A stretch of DNA of 64,000 nt from an uncultured Nitrososphaerota archaeon (GTDB lineage: Archaea; Thermoproteota; Nitrososphaeria; Nitrososphaerales; Gagatemarchaeaceae), in contig CAWISW010000001.1 in NCBI GenBank assembly GCA_963838925.1, forward strand, positions 64,001-128,000, in the 5' to 3' direction. Both the position numbers and the translations under genes were made by a program. The notes beneath the pieces were generated by a model. It did no database searches. It was not told the DNA's origin and saw only the letters and a program-made list of their open reading frames with translations. This document shows positions 7,823 to 18,102 of this stretch, piece after piece. Position 1 is the first letter of the stretch; each line of letters starts with the position of its first letter.

Positions 7823-10192
7823 GTGTCAAAGCGACCACGCCCACAGCGCGCGGCCACCCGAGAAGCATACAAGCCCGCGCTCCTCGTCGGCCAGCCTGTC
7901 AAGAGGGTCGAGGACAGGAAGTTCCTGACGGGCAAGGCGAACTACGCCGACGACATCAGGCTCGAAGGCATGCTGCACGCCATCTTTGTGCGGAGCCCGC
8001 ACGCCCACGCTCGCATCCTCCGGATCGACACCTCCGAGGCGCTCAAGCTCCCCGGCGTGGTCGCGGTCTTCACGGGCGCCGACCTCGAAGGCAAGGTGCG
8101 CCCGCTCTCCGAACCGGCTTCTCCGGGTGAATCCGAGGAGTGGGGCGCGAACACCTCGGGCACGGTGATGAAGGCCCTCGCCGTCGGGACTGCCAACTTC
8201 CCTGGGGAGGCAGTCGCCGTGGTGGTCGCCGAAGACCCCTACCTCGCAGAGGACGGGGCGGAGTCGGTCCAGGTCGAATACGAGGCCTTACCCGCCGTAA
8301 TGGACCCAGAGGCGGCGCTCGAGCGGGGCTCGCCCAAAGTCCACGACTACCTCGAGAGCAACCTCGCGTCCCACGACTCCGTGGAAGCCGGTGACGTCGT
8401 GAAGGCGTTCAAGAGGGCCGACGAGGTTGTGAAGGTCAAGCTGGTCAACCAGCGCCTGGCGCCCTCCCCGATGGAGACGAGGGGCGTGGTGGCGAGCTTC
8501 GACCAAGGCACCGAGGTGCTTACCGTGCACCTCTCCACCCAGGACCCTCACGGGGTGAGGGACGAGCTCGCCCGCCTCCTCTCTCTTGGCACGGAGAAGG
8601 TCAGAGTGATCGCGCCAGACGTCGGCGGAGCGTTCGGCGGGAAGGGCGGCCTCTATCCCGAAGATCCGGTGATCTCCCACGCCGCGCGGGTCCTCAATCG
8701 CCCGGTGAAGTGGGTCGAGTCGAGGAGAGAGAACCTCCTGTCGATGAGGCAGGGGAGAGGGCAGGTCCAACACGTGGAGCTCGCGATGTCGAGGGAGGGC
8801 AGGATACTCGGCCTCAAGGTCAGGCTCGTCGTGGACGGCGGCGCCTACGGCGGGGAGGCTGCCCTCGCGAAGATAACGATGGAGATGGGAACGGGAGTCT
8901 ATGACATCCCGAACTACCACGCCGAGGCGGACGTGGTGATGACCAACAAGGTCCCCATGGGGCCGTACCGCGGCGCGGGAAGGCCGGAGGCCGCTTATCT
9001 CATCGAGCGGTCGATCAACATCGCCTCTGCGAAGATGAAGCTCGACCCGGTAAAGGTGAGGCGGCTGAACTTCATCAAGAAGGAGAAGTTCCCCTTCACC
9101 ACCTCTGGCGGGAACACCTACGACAGCGGCGACTACCTCGCCAACCTGCAAAAGGCTCTCAAAGTCTCGGACTATGACGGGCTCCTGGCAGAGCGGGCAA
9201 AGGCGCGCAGCGAGGGGCGGCTGGTCGGGGTCGGGCTGGCGACGTGGGTGGAGATCTCCTCCTTCGGGCCAAGCTGGCCACAGTCGGCCTCGATGCTCGT
9301 CACCGAGGGAGGCAAGGTCGTCCTCAACCTTGGAGGGCACGTCCACGGGCAGGGGCACGAGACGACCTTCGCCCAGGTGGTGGCCGACGAGCTGGGCATC
9401 TCGATGGACGACGTCACAGTGAACGACGGGGACACAGCGATGCTCCCGTGGAGCAGCATCACCGCGGGGAGCAGGTCAGCCGCCCTCTCAGGGGGCGCCG
9501 CCGTCATGTGCGCCCGGAAGATCCGCGACAAGATGTCCTCGATCGCCGCCCGAAGGCTGGGCGCGCGCTCAAACTCGAAGATCGTGTTCAGCAAGGGGGC
9601 GATCTTCCGCGAGGACCAGCCGTCCAAGAAGCTCAGGTTCGCCGAGGTCGCGGAGATGGCCTACGGGATGTGGTCTCTCCCTCCCGGCATGGAGATGACC
9701 CTCTTCGCTTACTCCGTCTACGCTCCGAAGACGGACGCCTTCCCCTTCGGCACCCACGTCGCGATGGTCGAGGTCGACAGAGAAACGGGCGCGGTAAGGC
9801 TGCTAAAGTACTTCGCCGTCGATGACGCGGCGAAGATCATCAACCCTCTGGTGGTGCAAGGGCAGATCCACGGAGGCGTCGTCCAAGGGATCGGCCAGGC
9901 CCTGACGGAGTCGACCGTGTACGACGAAGAAGGGCAGCCCCTGGCAACCACTCTGGCAGACTACCTCCTGCCCTCCGCCGACATGCTCGTTGACGTCGTC
10001 TGGGACACCACCATGACGCCCACGGACGCGAACGTGCTGGGGGTCAAGGGGGTGGGGGAGGCAGGGACTACCGCCGCGACGCCGACGGTCGTGAACGCCG
10101 TTGAAGACGCCCTCTCTACGTTCGGGGTCGTGGTGGACAGGATGCCGGTCTCGCCGGCCTACGTGAAGGGCTTGATGGACGGGAGCGGCTAA
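7823..10192 (+). CDS. Xanthine dehydrogenase-family molybdopterin subunit (form II CoxL-like)
   Basis: GTG start inferred at 7823; VRSPHAHARI, VGGAFGGK, PYRGAGRPEA, GQGHETTFAQ, QGQIHGG, KGVGEAG. Confidence 0.9.
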   Translation: MSKRPRPQRAATREAYKPALLVGQPVKRVEDRKFLTGKANYADDIRLEGMLHAIFVRSPHAHARILRIDTSEALKLPGVVAVFTGADLEGKVRPLSEPASPGESEEWGANTSGTVMKALAVGTANFPGEAVAVVVAEDPYLAEDGAESVQVEYEALPAVMDPEAALERGSPKVHDYLESNLASHDSVEAGDVVKAFKRADEVVKVKLVNQRLAPSPMETRGVVASFDQGTEVLTVHLSTQDPHGVRDELARLLSLGTEKVRVIAPDVGGAFGGKGGLYPEDPVISHAARVLNRPVKWVESRRENLLSMRQGRGQVQHVELAMSREGRILGLKVRLVVDGGAYGGEAALAKITMEMGTGVYDIPNYHAEADVVMTNKVPMGPYRGAGRPEAAYLIERSINIASAKMKLDPVKVRRLNFIKKEKFPFTTSGGNTYDSGDYLANLQKALKVSDYDGLLAERAKARSEGRLVGVGLATWVEISSFGPSWPQSASMLVTEGGKVVLNLGGHVHGQGHETTFAQVVADELGISMDDVTVNDGDTAMLPWSSITAGSRSAALSGGAAVMCARKIRDKMSSIAARRLGARSNSKIVFSKGAIFREDQPSKKLRFAEVAEMAYGMWSLPPGMEMTLFAYSVYAPKTDAFPFGTHVAMVEVDRETGAVRLLKYFAVDDAAKIINPLVVQGQIHGGVVQGIGQALTESTVYDEEGQPLATTLADYLLPSADMLVDVVWDTTMTPTDANVLGVKGVGEAGTTAATPTVVNAVEDALSTFGVVVDRMPVSPAYVKGLMDGSG

Positions 10193-10635
10193 GAAGAGGC
10201 TAGCTTCTCCTTCAGGGAACCGATTATCTCTGCGACGTATTTCTGCGCCGCGGCGTCGATGAGCCTTGAGCCCACGCTGGCCATCAGGCCGGCGATCTTC
10301 GCGTCCGCGGCCCACTTGACGAGAGTCCCGGCGCCCCCGGGGGCGTCCTCTATCGTGAACGTGTTCTCGAGCTCGACGGAGCTGCTCAACCCGTTCCCCT
10401 TCGCCTTCATCCTGGCGAAACTCGGCGGGGTCCTCTCGACTATCGTCATCTTGACGTCCATCATCCCCCTGATGAAGGAAATTCCGACCTTCGCCTTGAG
10501 CGTGAAGTTGCTTTCGTCGAGCACCTTGACGTCTTGGACGTCCGGGAAGATGGAGGTGATCCTCGCGGGGTCCATAACAAAGTCGTAGACCTTCTGCCTC
10601 GGAACGGGGACCTCGAAGGAGCCGTCGTAGTGCAT
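10189..10635 (-). CDS. coxG: CoxG/SRPBCC-family protein
   Basis: MHYDGSFEVPVPRQKVYDFVMDP...GLMASVGSRLIDAAA; convergent with the CoxL-like gene. Confidence 0.85.
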   Translation of the reverse strand: MHYDGSFEVPVPRQKVYDFVMDPARITSIFPDVQDVKVLDESNFTLKAKVGISFIRGMMDVKMTIVERTPPSFARMKAKGNGLSSSVELENTFTIEDAPGGAGTLVKWAADAKIAGLMASVGSRLIDAAAQKYVAEIIGSLKEKLASS

Positions 10636-10730
10636 GCTCTCGAACCTGGTCGAGCCCGACGCACACGGGGTTAAATCCTTTGGCGGCTCCGGGGCATGGC
10701 CGGCTAAATACGGCGTCCGACTCAACTCCT

Positions 10731-12383
10731 GTGAAGCTAGCGCGGTTCTCCGGGCCGGCCGAGCGGAGGAGGCGCGCCGGTCTCAGCTCCGTCTACGGGT
10801 TCATAATGATCTACCTCCTCGTGATCGCCTCGCTCCAGGCGATCTCGCTCTCCGTCTCGTCCAGCCAGGGCGCCGAGGCGGCGGCACAGCAGGCTGGGCA
10901 GGTGGAACAGATGAGGTCCCTCGAGCACCTCCGGGTAGGAATGGCGCGAGGCGGGAACGTCACCATCACCAACGACGGCCTGATACCCTCGAGCCTCTCG
11001 CTCCTCCTCCTCCAGAATTCCACGGCATCGAGGGAGCTGCCCATCGAGGACTCCCTCCCCGTCGGCGCGTCCATAGTCGTGGACTCCGGGTCGTTCCCGT
11101 CCACCGTCGCCGTGGTCACCGACCTCGAGGACGTCTTCGAATCAACCCAAGCCGGCGCCTCTCCGCCTGTCGGGGGCTTGAAGACCCTCGCCCCGGCGGT
11201 GGGCGGCCCCGGGGTGGACGCTCAGGTCTACCAGAACCCGAGCGACCCAACGCGCTTCTTCCTCGCGGCCGGCCCCTCCGCATTCGCGTACTCGGCAACG
11301 ACCGGAAATCAGCTCTGGTCCTTCGACGCCGGCGAGGGCGAGGTCACCGACGTCCTCCCTCTATCGGACGGCGGGGTCTACGTCTCTGACGGCTACTACG
11401 GCGACCAGTTCACGTCGAGCCTGTTCAGGCTCACGTCGTCCGGGACCTCGACCATGGCGTACTCCATGAGGCTCCTTCGCCTTTACACGACCGTCGAGGT
11501 CCAGTATCCCGACAACGACCAGGCGCCGTACCCTCTTGGCTCGCAGCCCGTCCAGAAGGGGGCTGACTCCCTCTACGCCTACTACGACGGATGGTTCTTC
11601 TCCTCTAGCGGCCCCTCGCAAGCGACAGTCCCGGCCGACACCTTCAACCTGGCCACCTCAGACGCCAGCCACCTCTTCCTGTACACGACCGGCGCCAACC
11701 CCGGCGGGTTCGGGTGCTCTCAGCCGCGCGGCAACGAGGCGACCATCTACGAGTACTCCGCTACGTCGCAGGGCGTGCAGCAGTCGTGGGGCACGCCCGT
11801 CTTCTTCAACGTGTGCGACCTCTACCCCGACGAGCTGATCGCTTCGTACGCGGGCTCGGGCCTGGTCGCCTCAATCTTCTCGGGGACCTACTGGTCCCAG
11901 CCGAGCTACTACGGGGGGCCATACCAAGGCTCAAACCCGTTCCTGGCCGTCCTCTCTTCCGCCTCGGGGGCCGTCATGAGGAGCGGGAACCTCGACTCGA
12001 GCGGCTACACGAGCGTCGCCACCGACGGCACGCGCGTCTTCCTCTCCATCCCCTCCTCCGACGAGGTGGAGGTGGTCAGCGCCTCGGGGAGCGGCGCAGG
12101 CACGTTCTACGACATAGGCATCCCTGCCTCGAGCCTCCTCTGGGCAGGAGGCTCGCTCTTCGCGGTCTCCGCGAGCCAGGTCAACGTCTACGACTCCTCG
12201 ATGGACCTCAAGAAGACGATCGACTTCTCCCCCCTGACGCTCTACTCGCTGACCAACTCGAAGCCACTCGAGACGCAGTTGGTCCAGCCCTCGTTCCTGG
12301 TGCTGAACTCCACGAGCTACGTCGCGCTCCTGAGGAACTCGACGGGCTACGGCACCCTCGCCGTGGGCGCCTACTCGCCCTGA
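10731..12383 (+). CDS. Large surface protein with pilin-like (class III) N-terminus and probable beta-propeller
   Basis: RRRRAG/LSSVYGFIMIYLLVI, VTITNDG, QLWSFDAG, beta-rich S/T/G/Y composition; GTG start inferred. Confidence 0.6.
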   Translation: MKLARFSGPAERRRRAGLSSVYGFIMIYLLVIASLQAISLSVSSSQGAEAAAQQAGQVEQMRSLEHLRVGMARGGNVTITNDGLIPSSLSLLLLQNSTASRELPIEDSLPVGASIVVDSGSFPSTVAVVTDLEDVFESTQAGASPPVGGLKTLAPAVGGPGVDAQVYQNPSDPTRFFLAAGPSAFAYSATTGNQLWSFDAGEGEVTDVLPLSDGGVYVSDGYYGDQFTSSLFRLTSSGTSTMAYSMRLLRLYTTVEVQYPDNDQAPYPLGSQPVQKGADSLYAYYDGWFFSSSGPSQATVPADTFNLATSDASHLFLYTTGANPGGFGCSQPRGNEATIYEYSATSQGVQQSWGTPVFFNVCDLYPDELIASYAGSGLVASIFSGTYWSQPSYYGGPYQGSNPFLAVLSSASGAVMRSGNLDSSGYTSVATDGTRVFLSIPSSDEVEVVSASGSGAGTFYDIGIPASSLLWAGGSLFAVSASQVNVYDSSMDLKKTIDFSPLTLYSLTNSKPLETQLVQPSFLVLNSTSYVALLRNSTGYGTLAVGAYSP

Positions 12384-12397
12384 GCTCTCGGCCCGGT

Positions 12398-13471
12398 CTA
12401 CTTCTTGAAGACCCAGCTCAGGTTGGGCGGGTCCTTCCTGGAGCTGACCTTCTCGTTCATCGCGTGGACTATGAGCGGGAGCGCGAGCGTGGCGTCGCAA
12501 TACACGACGCTCCTCTTCGAGTCCGCCGCGATCTTCCCCCAGCTTATCGCCTCCTCGAGGGTGCACCCCGAGAGCCCTCCCCACTGGGGTGAGTCGGTCG
12601 TTATCTGGATGGCGTAGTCGTGGGGCGTCTCCTCGTCCCCTCCCTCCGCCAGGGACTTTATGATCGTGGCCAGCTGGATCGTGTCCTTGGGCACGCCTCC
12701 CCCGATGTAGACGACGCCCGTCCTCTTCGTCCTCTCGGCGATCTGCCCCAGCTCCTCCATGTCCTTGGTCTGGTCGAGCCTGATGAGCTTCCCCTCGCGC
12801 TTGAGGAGGCTGAGCGCCACGCCGTAGCCGCTGTCGATCAGCCCCGGAGAGTAGATCGGGACCTTGTTCCTCCAGGCCGCCGCGGTGATGCTCCTTATCC
12901 CCCTCTCGAACTGGTACTTGCCGAAGAGGTTCAGGAACTCCCTGGTGGAGTAGACCTCGCTCGCGTCGAGGGTGCCCGCGAACTTCTTGATCAGCCCCTC
13001 CAGCTCGCGGTAGTCGTACTCGTCCGCGTAGATGTCGTAGAACCTATCTATCTTGGCGTCGAGCAGCTCCTCGTCGTTCGCCATCCATGTCCCCTGGTAG
13101 TACTCGTGCCCCATCGCCTCGAAGATGTCCTCCGAGATGTTCGCGCCCGTGCTCACGAGGACGTCGATGTACCTGTTCTCGATGAGCCACCTGACTATCT
13201 TCCACTGCCCCGTGGTGCTCATCGAGCCCGCGTAGCCCATGAATATCGTGAGCCCCTTCTGCTGGACCATCTCCGCCCATATCCTCGCTGCCTCACCGAG
13301 CCTCTTCCCCTGGAAGCCCGTCTGGCTCATCGCGTCCAAGAGCTCGGAGACGCTCTTGGGGGTGACCTCGATAGCCTTCTCGGGGTTCCTGAGGTACTTC
13401 TTCGCCTTCTTGTCCCTAACGGCCCTGGCCGCCTCTCTTTGTCCCACGACGTCCCGTCGGGGCGACGGCAC
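12398..13471 (-). CDS. dys: Deoxyhypusine synthase
   Basis: STGAN, YIGGGVPKD, QITTDSPQWGGLSGCTLEEAISWGK, DATLALPL. Confidence 0.95.
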   Translation of the reverse strand: MPSPRRDVVGQREAARAVRDKKAKKYLRNPEKAIEVTPKSVSELLDAMSQTGFQGKRLGEAARIWAEMVQQKGLTIFMGYAGSMSTTGQWKIVRWLIENRYIDVLVSTGANISEDIFEAMGHEYYQGTWMANDEELLDAKIDRFYDIYADEYDYRELEGLIKKFAGTLDASEVYSTREFLNLFGKYQFERGIRSITAAAWRNKVPIYSPGLIDSGYGVALSLLKREGKLIRLDQTKDMEELGQIAERTKRTGVVYIGGGVPKDTIQLATIIKSLAEGGDEETPHDYAIQITTDSPQWGGLSGCTLEEAISWGKIAADSKRSVVYCDATLALPLIVHAMNEKVSSRKDPPNLSWVFKK

Positions 13472-13479
13472 TTAAATTA

Positions 13480-15264
13480 TCATTTCACAGTGACCGACTT
13501 CGCCAGGTTCCGGGGGTAGTCCGGGTCGTTCTTCCTCTCCGTGGCCATCGAGTACGCGAGCAACTGGAGGGGCACGACCTCGAGGACCGGCGCGATGCTC
13601 CCGTTGGAGGCCGGGATCTTCACGGTGTGCTTGAAGACTGGGTGGGGCTTCTGCGCGACCCCTATGATCTCGGCGCCCCTGGCCGCGAGCTCCTGGGCGT
13701 TCGAGATCGTGTCGTCGTACCCCGGGCCGTTGGGCGAGATGACCACAACCGGCGTCCCCTTCTCTATGAGCGCGAGCGTCCCGTGCTTCAGCTCGCTCGC
13801 GGGCATCCCCTCCGCGTGGATGTAGGACAGCTCCTTCAGCTTGAGCGCGCCCTCCTGCGCCACGGGGTAGTTCCCTCCCCTCGCGATGAAGTAAAAGTCC
13901 GGCCTGTCGCGGTAGATCTTGGCGAGCCTCTTCATCAGGGGCTCGGTGTCCAGCGCCCTCTCGACGAGCGTGCCCAGCCTCCGGGGGTCGCCGAGGGTGT
14001 CCCTCCCCGTCACCTTGTCGATTATCAGGTTCCCTACCATCACCTGGGCCGTGAAGCTCTTCGTCGCCGCCACCCCGACCTCAGGGCCGCAGTTCAGGAG
14101 TAGCACCTGGTCGCTCTGCCGCGCGAGCGAAGACCCCGCGGCGTTCACGATCGAGACTATCCCGCCGACCTTCTTCCTCCTCGCCATCTTCACCGCCTCC
14201 ATCACGTCCGCGGTCTCCCCGCTCTGGCTCAGCGCCACGACCACGGTCCCGTCGTCAATGAACGGCAGCTCCCTCTCAAAGTCCCCCGAGACGATGACCT
14301 CGCACCTCATCTTCGCCTCGGCGGCGAGCCTGATCCTCATGAGAAGCGCCGCGTGATAGGACGAGCCCGCCCCGGTCAGCACGACGGACCTCGCCTTCCT
14401 GAGCCTCTCCGCGATCGCGCCGACCTTGACGGGGTCCTGTGAGAGCGCGCTCTGGACCGTGGTCGGCTGCTCGTGGATCTCCTTCAGGGTATAGTGGGCG
14501 TAGTTCGCCTTCGAGAGGCTCCCCAGCTCCCACGCGAGCTGCGTCTCCTTCCTGCTCCTCGCAGGCATCTCCTTCCCCCTGAGGCTGAAGACCCGGAGCC
14601 CCTTCGCGGTCAGCTCGACCACCTCCTTGTTGTCGAGGAAGACGGCCCTGTCCGTTTGGGCGAGGAAGGCGAGCACGTCGCTCGCGAGGAACTTTGTGCG
14701 CTCGCCCATCCCGACCACCAGGGGTGCGTCGCACCTCGCCCCGATGAGGAGGTCTGGCCGGTCCTTGAAGAGCGCGACGAAGGCGTACTGCCCCCGCATG
14801 AGCTTGGCCGCGCCCAGGGTCGCCTTCACCGGGTCCTTGTTCTTCGCGTACTCCTCCTCAAGCACGTGCGCGATCACCTCGCTGTCCGTCTCGCTGGTGA
14901 ACGCGTGCCCCCTGGACTCGAGCTCCTTCTTCAGCTCCAGGTAGTTCTCGATTATCCCGTTGTGAACGATGGCGACCTCCCCCCCGCATGAGACCTGGGG
15001 GTGGGCGTTCCTCTGGGAGACCCCGCCGTGGGTCGCCCACCTCGTGTGGGCGATGCCGACCCGACCCCGAAGGCTCGCGACGTCGTACCTCTCGTCCAGG
15101 TGCTTCACCCTCCCGACGTCCTTCCTGACGACTATGGTGCCGTTGCCGTTGAGGACCGCGACGCCCGCAGAGTCGTACCCCCTGTACTCCTCGCGCTTGA
15201 GCCCCTCGAGCAAGAGAGGTGCTACCTCCTCCTCCGAGGAGACGGCCGCAATGATCCCGCACAT
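13480..15264 (-). CDS. glmS: Glutamine-fructose-6-phosphate aminotransferase
   Basis: MCGI, EYRGYDSAG, HTRWATHG, SQSGETAD, PRNLAKSVTV. Confidence 0.98.
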   Translation of the reverse strand: MCGIIAAVSSEEEVAPLLLEGLKREEYRGYDSAGVAVLNGNGTIVVRKDVGRVKHLDERYDVASLRGRVGIAHTRWATHGGVSQRNAHPQVSCGGEVAIVHNGIIENYLELKKELESRGHAFTSETDSEVIAHVLEEEYAKNKDPVKATLGAAKLMRGQYAFVALFKDRPDLLIGARCDAPLVVGMGERTKFLASDVLAFLAQTDRAVFLDNKEVVELTAKGLRVFSLRGKEMPARSRKETQLAWELGSLSKANYAHYTLKEIHEQPTTVQSALSQDPVKVGAIAERLRKARSVVLTGAGSSYHAALLMRIRLAAEAKMRCEVIVSGDFERELPFIDDGTVVVALSQSGETADVMEAVKMARRKKVGGIVSIVNAAGSSLARQSDQVLLLNCGPEVGVAATKSFTAQVMVGNLIIDKVTGRDTLGDPRRLGTLVERALDTEPLMKRLAKIYRDRPDFYFIARGGNYPVAQEGALKLKELSYIHAEGMPASELKHGTLALIEKGTPVVVISPNGPGYDDTISNAQELAARGAEIIGVAQKPHPVFKHTVKIPASNGSIAPVLEVVPLQLLAYSMATERKNDPDYPRNLAKSVTVK

Positions 15265-15425
15265 GTTGTGTTAAATGACCGGCGCTGCGCCGACTCGTAA
15301 TAAGCAGCACCCACTCCCCGGCACGAGTATGCAAGATCCGTTGTGCAGGCATCCCGAGGGCAGGACCGGCCTTTCGGCCCCACCATGCACATTTCTTTAA
15401 TAGTAGTGCAGAGGAGGAAACGCCC

Positions 15426-16376
15426 ATGCGGAAAGAGAAGGTCCTGGTCGACCCACAGCAGCGCGACGGCAGGGCGAAGAGGGTCATCGCGGACACGGAC
15501 CCCTCAGACTTCTTCCCCGCAGCCTCCGGGCTGGGCCACAAGATACTCCGCCTGCTCGCGAAGGGGCCAAACTATCCCTCCATGATCGCGCGCGACCTCA
15601 AGCTGTACCACCAGGCGGTGTACTACCACATGAAGAAGCTCGAGAGGGCGGGACTCGTCGTCCGCGTCTCCCAGCGGACCGTGAGGGGAGGCAAGGCGCA
15701 GCTCTACGCGCTCGCCTCCGACGGCTACGCCATAGAGTTCGACGTGAAGGGCGAGGAGTTCGGCCCTTCGACCAGCCTCTCGAGGTCGGGCAGGCTCGGC
15801 AGGTTCCTCAAGGAGTTCATCTCCGACGACCGGCAGCTCGACGGATGGATAGTGGTCGGCTCCCCCGAAGCGCACGGGCCCAACCGCACGCAGGGGAGGG
15901 ACGGTCACTACGCGATACAGATCGGGTTCGCCCTGGGGCAGTTCGTCAGCCTCCCCAAGACCTTCCCAGTGAAGCTCGACGTCGACCTCAAGGCCGAGAA
16001 GCTCCAGGGCTCGAACCTGCTGGTCGTGGGAGGGCCCAGGACAAACGTCATATCGGCCGAGCTCAACAGGCACATGCCCATCCGCTTCTCAGAGGAGAGC
16101 TTCTTCGGGTCGATCGTGGACGCCTCCGGGAGGAGGTACCTCTCCGAGTTCGACTCCGTCCTCACGAAGATCAGGAACCCCTGGGACCCCTCGAAGGTGT
16201 GCGTCGTCGCCGCGGGCCTCTCGGGGGCAGCGACCAAGGCCGCCGTGATCGGCCTCACGAACATGGCGGAGCGCGTGCTGCAGGGCTACAGCGAGGAGGG
16301 AGGGGACTTCGCTGTGGTGCTCCACGGCCTCGACATGGACGGGGACGGGAAGGTCGACAGCGTGGAAATCCTCTAG
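15426..16376 (+). CDS. ArsR-like winged-HTH protein with uncharacterised C-terminal alpha/beta domain
   Basis: ILRLL..GP.YPSMIARDLKL..QAVYYHMKKLERAGLV; C-terminal LLVVGGPRTN and DMDGDGKVD. Confidence 0.8.
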   Translation: MRKEKVLVDPQQRDGRAKRVIADTDPSDFFPAASGLGHKILRLLAKGPNYPSMIARDLKLYHQAVYYHMKKLERAGLVVRVSQRTVRGGKAQLYALASDGYAIEFDVKGEEFGPSTSLSRSGRLGRFLKEFISDDRQLDGWIVVGSPEAHGPNRTQGRDGHYAIQIGFALGQFVSLPKTFPVKLDVDLKAEKLQGSNLLVVGGPRTNVISAELNRHMPIRFSEESFFGSIVDASGRRYLSEFDSVLTKIRNPWDPSKVCVVAAGLSGAATKAAVIGLTNMAERVLQGYSEEGGDFAVVLHGLDMDGDGKVDSVEIL

Positions 16377-16423
16377 CGTGACCAAAATCTTATAATGTCA
16401 GCCCTAGGGGCTGAAATCAGCAT

Positions 16424-16927
16424 TTGTCGAACCCTCAGGCATCCGAGTTCAGGTACCTTGTCAGGCTGAAGGGGAAGGACCTGGACGGGCGAAAGAAGGC
16501 AGTAGCCGCCCTAGCGGACCTGAAGGGAGTGGGTTACAACTTCGCGCAGGCCGTCGTGAGCGGCGCTGGCATCGACCCAAAGATGAGGTTTGGACAGTTA
16601 TCAGAGTCGCAGATCAAGGACATCGAGAGGGTCCTCGCGGACACCTCCTCGCTCAACGTCCCCCAGTGGGCGTTCAACCGGAAGAGAGACCCAGAGTCGG
16701 GGGAGACCAAGCAGCTCGTGGGGACCGACCTCGACCTCGCGCTGAAGAGCGACCTTGACAGGGAGAGGAACATCCAGAGCTGGAGGGGAGTAAGGCACGG
16801 CCTGGGGCTCAAGGTCAGGGGCCAGCGCACGCGCACCACGGGAAGGAAGGGCAAGACGGTGGGCGTCAGGAAGGCCACCCTGCAGCAGGCCGCGCAGGCA
16901 GCAAAGACTGCCGAAGAGAAGAAGTAG
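16424..16927 (+). CDS. rps13: 30S ribosomal protein S13
   Basis: SWRGVRHGLGLKVRGQRTRTTGR; TTG start. Confidence 0.97.
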   Translation: MSNPQASEFRYLVRLKGKDLDGRKKAVAALADLKGVGYNFAQAVVSGAGIDPKMRFGQLSESQIKDIERVLADTSSLNVPQWAFNRKRDPESGETKQLVGTDLDLALKSDLDRERNIQSWRGVRHGLGLKVRGQRTRTTGRKGKTVGVRKATLQQAAQAAKTAEEKK

Positions 16928-16939
16928 AGAAGTGAGCTA

Positions 16940-17512
16940 ATGGGCGATCCAAAGAAGCCAAGGAAGACATTCTCGCGGCCCAAGAACCCGTGGCGGAGCG
17001 AGCAGCTGGCGCAGGAGCTTTACCTCGTCGGAACCTACGGCCTACGGAACAAGAGGGAGCTTTGGAAGACCCAGGGCGACCTGAGCAACGTCAGGAAGCA
17101 GGCCAGGCACCTCCTCGCGGCGTCCGCGGAAGTGAGGGCCAAGGACGGCAAGAAGCTCCTCGACAGCCTCACAAGAAGGGGCCTGGTCAGCGAAGGGGTC
17201 GCCCTCGACGACGTGCTCAACCTGAGCGTCGAGGACTTTCTGGGAAGGCGGCTTCAGACCCTCATCTACAAGAAGGGGGCGGCGGTCTCGCCCCTGCAGG
17301 CTAGGCAGCTGATAGTGCACGGGCACGTGAAGCTGGGGAAGCGCTTCATCGACATTCCAGGTTATCAGGTCACCGCCGAGGAGGAGGGCACCATACAGCT
17401 CGTGGGCGGGGTAGGGACCCCCAAGCCGGCAGCACCCGCCGCTCCCGCGGCAGCCGCCCCGGCAGCACCAGAGGCAGTCACAGCGCAGCCAGCGGTGGCC
17501 GCCCCAGCTTGA
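16940..17512 (+). CDS. rps4: 30S ribosomal protein S4
   Basis: MGDPKKPRK, YGLRNKRELWK, RRLQT, ARQLIVHGH. Confidence 0.97.
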   Translation: MGDPKKPRKTFSRPKNPWRSEQLAQELYLVGTYGLRNKRELWKTQGDLSNVRKQARHLLAASAEVRAKDGKKLLDSLTRRGLVSEGVALDDVLNLSVEDFLGRRLQTLIYKKGAAVSPLQARQLIVHGHVKLGKRFIDIPGYQVTAEEEGTIQLVGGVGTPKPAAPAAPAAAAPAAPEAVTAQPAVAAPA

Positions 17513-17528
17513 GGTAGTGGTGTAGAGA

Positions 17529-18056
17529 ATGGCAGCGCCCGAAGAACTCGAAGAGGTCGACGAGGCAGAGGTGGAGGAGGAGTCTGCCGAAGGCGCGACC
17601 GAGGTGGAGGGCAGGACGGAGCCCGTCACCACGGGACAGATCACGCCGTCCATGGAGGAGGACGAGTCCCTGAAGGAGAAGTGGGCCGTCGTCCACATCT
17701 ACAGCAGCTACAACAACACAATCGTCCACATAACCGACCTGACCGGGGCGGAGACTATCTCCTTCTCCTCGGGCGGCAGGCACGTGAAGGCTGACAGGTT
17801 CGAGGCGTCGCCGTACGCGGCGATGCGCTCGGCATCGGCTGCGTCCGAGGTCGCGAAGGGCAAGGGCATCACGGCCGTCCACATCAAGGTGCGGGCGGTA
17901 GGCGGCACAGGACCGAGGACCCCGGGCCCGGGAGCACAGGCCGCGATCAGGGCGATCGCGAGGTCTGGCTTCAGGATAGGCAGGATCGAAGACGCGACCC
18001 CGATCCCTCACGACACGACGAGGAAGAAGGGCGGAAGAAGGGGCCGCAGAGCGTAG
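17529..18056 (+). CDS. rps11: 30S ribosomal protein S11
   Basis: [32 protein letters not shown]. Confidence 0.97.
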   Translation: MAAPEELEEVDEAEVEEESAEGATEVEGRTEPVTTGQITPSMEEDESLKEKWAVVHIYSSYNNTIVHITDLTGAETISFSSGGRHVKADRFEASPYAAMRSASAASEVAKGKGITAVHIKVRAVGGTGPRTPGPGAQAAIRAIARSGFRIGRIEDATPIPHDTTRKKGGRRGRRA

Positions 18057-18102
18057 CCTCCTAGTCGGCTCCTGAGAAACGCAACACTGAGTTCTGGGTC
18101 TT

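Noticed and set aside
7823-10192. Form I aerobic CO dehydrogenase
   Set aside because: Active-site loop is YRGAGR rather than AYXCSFR, and coxM/coxS are absent.
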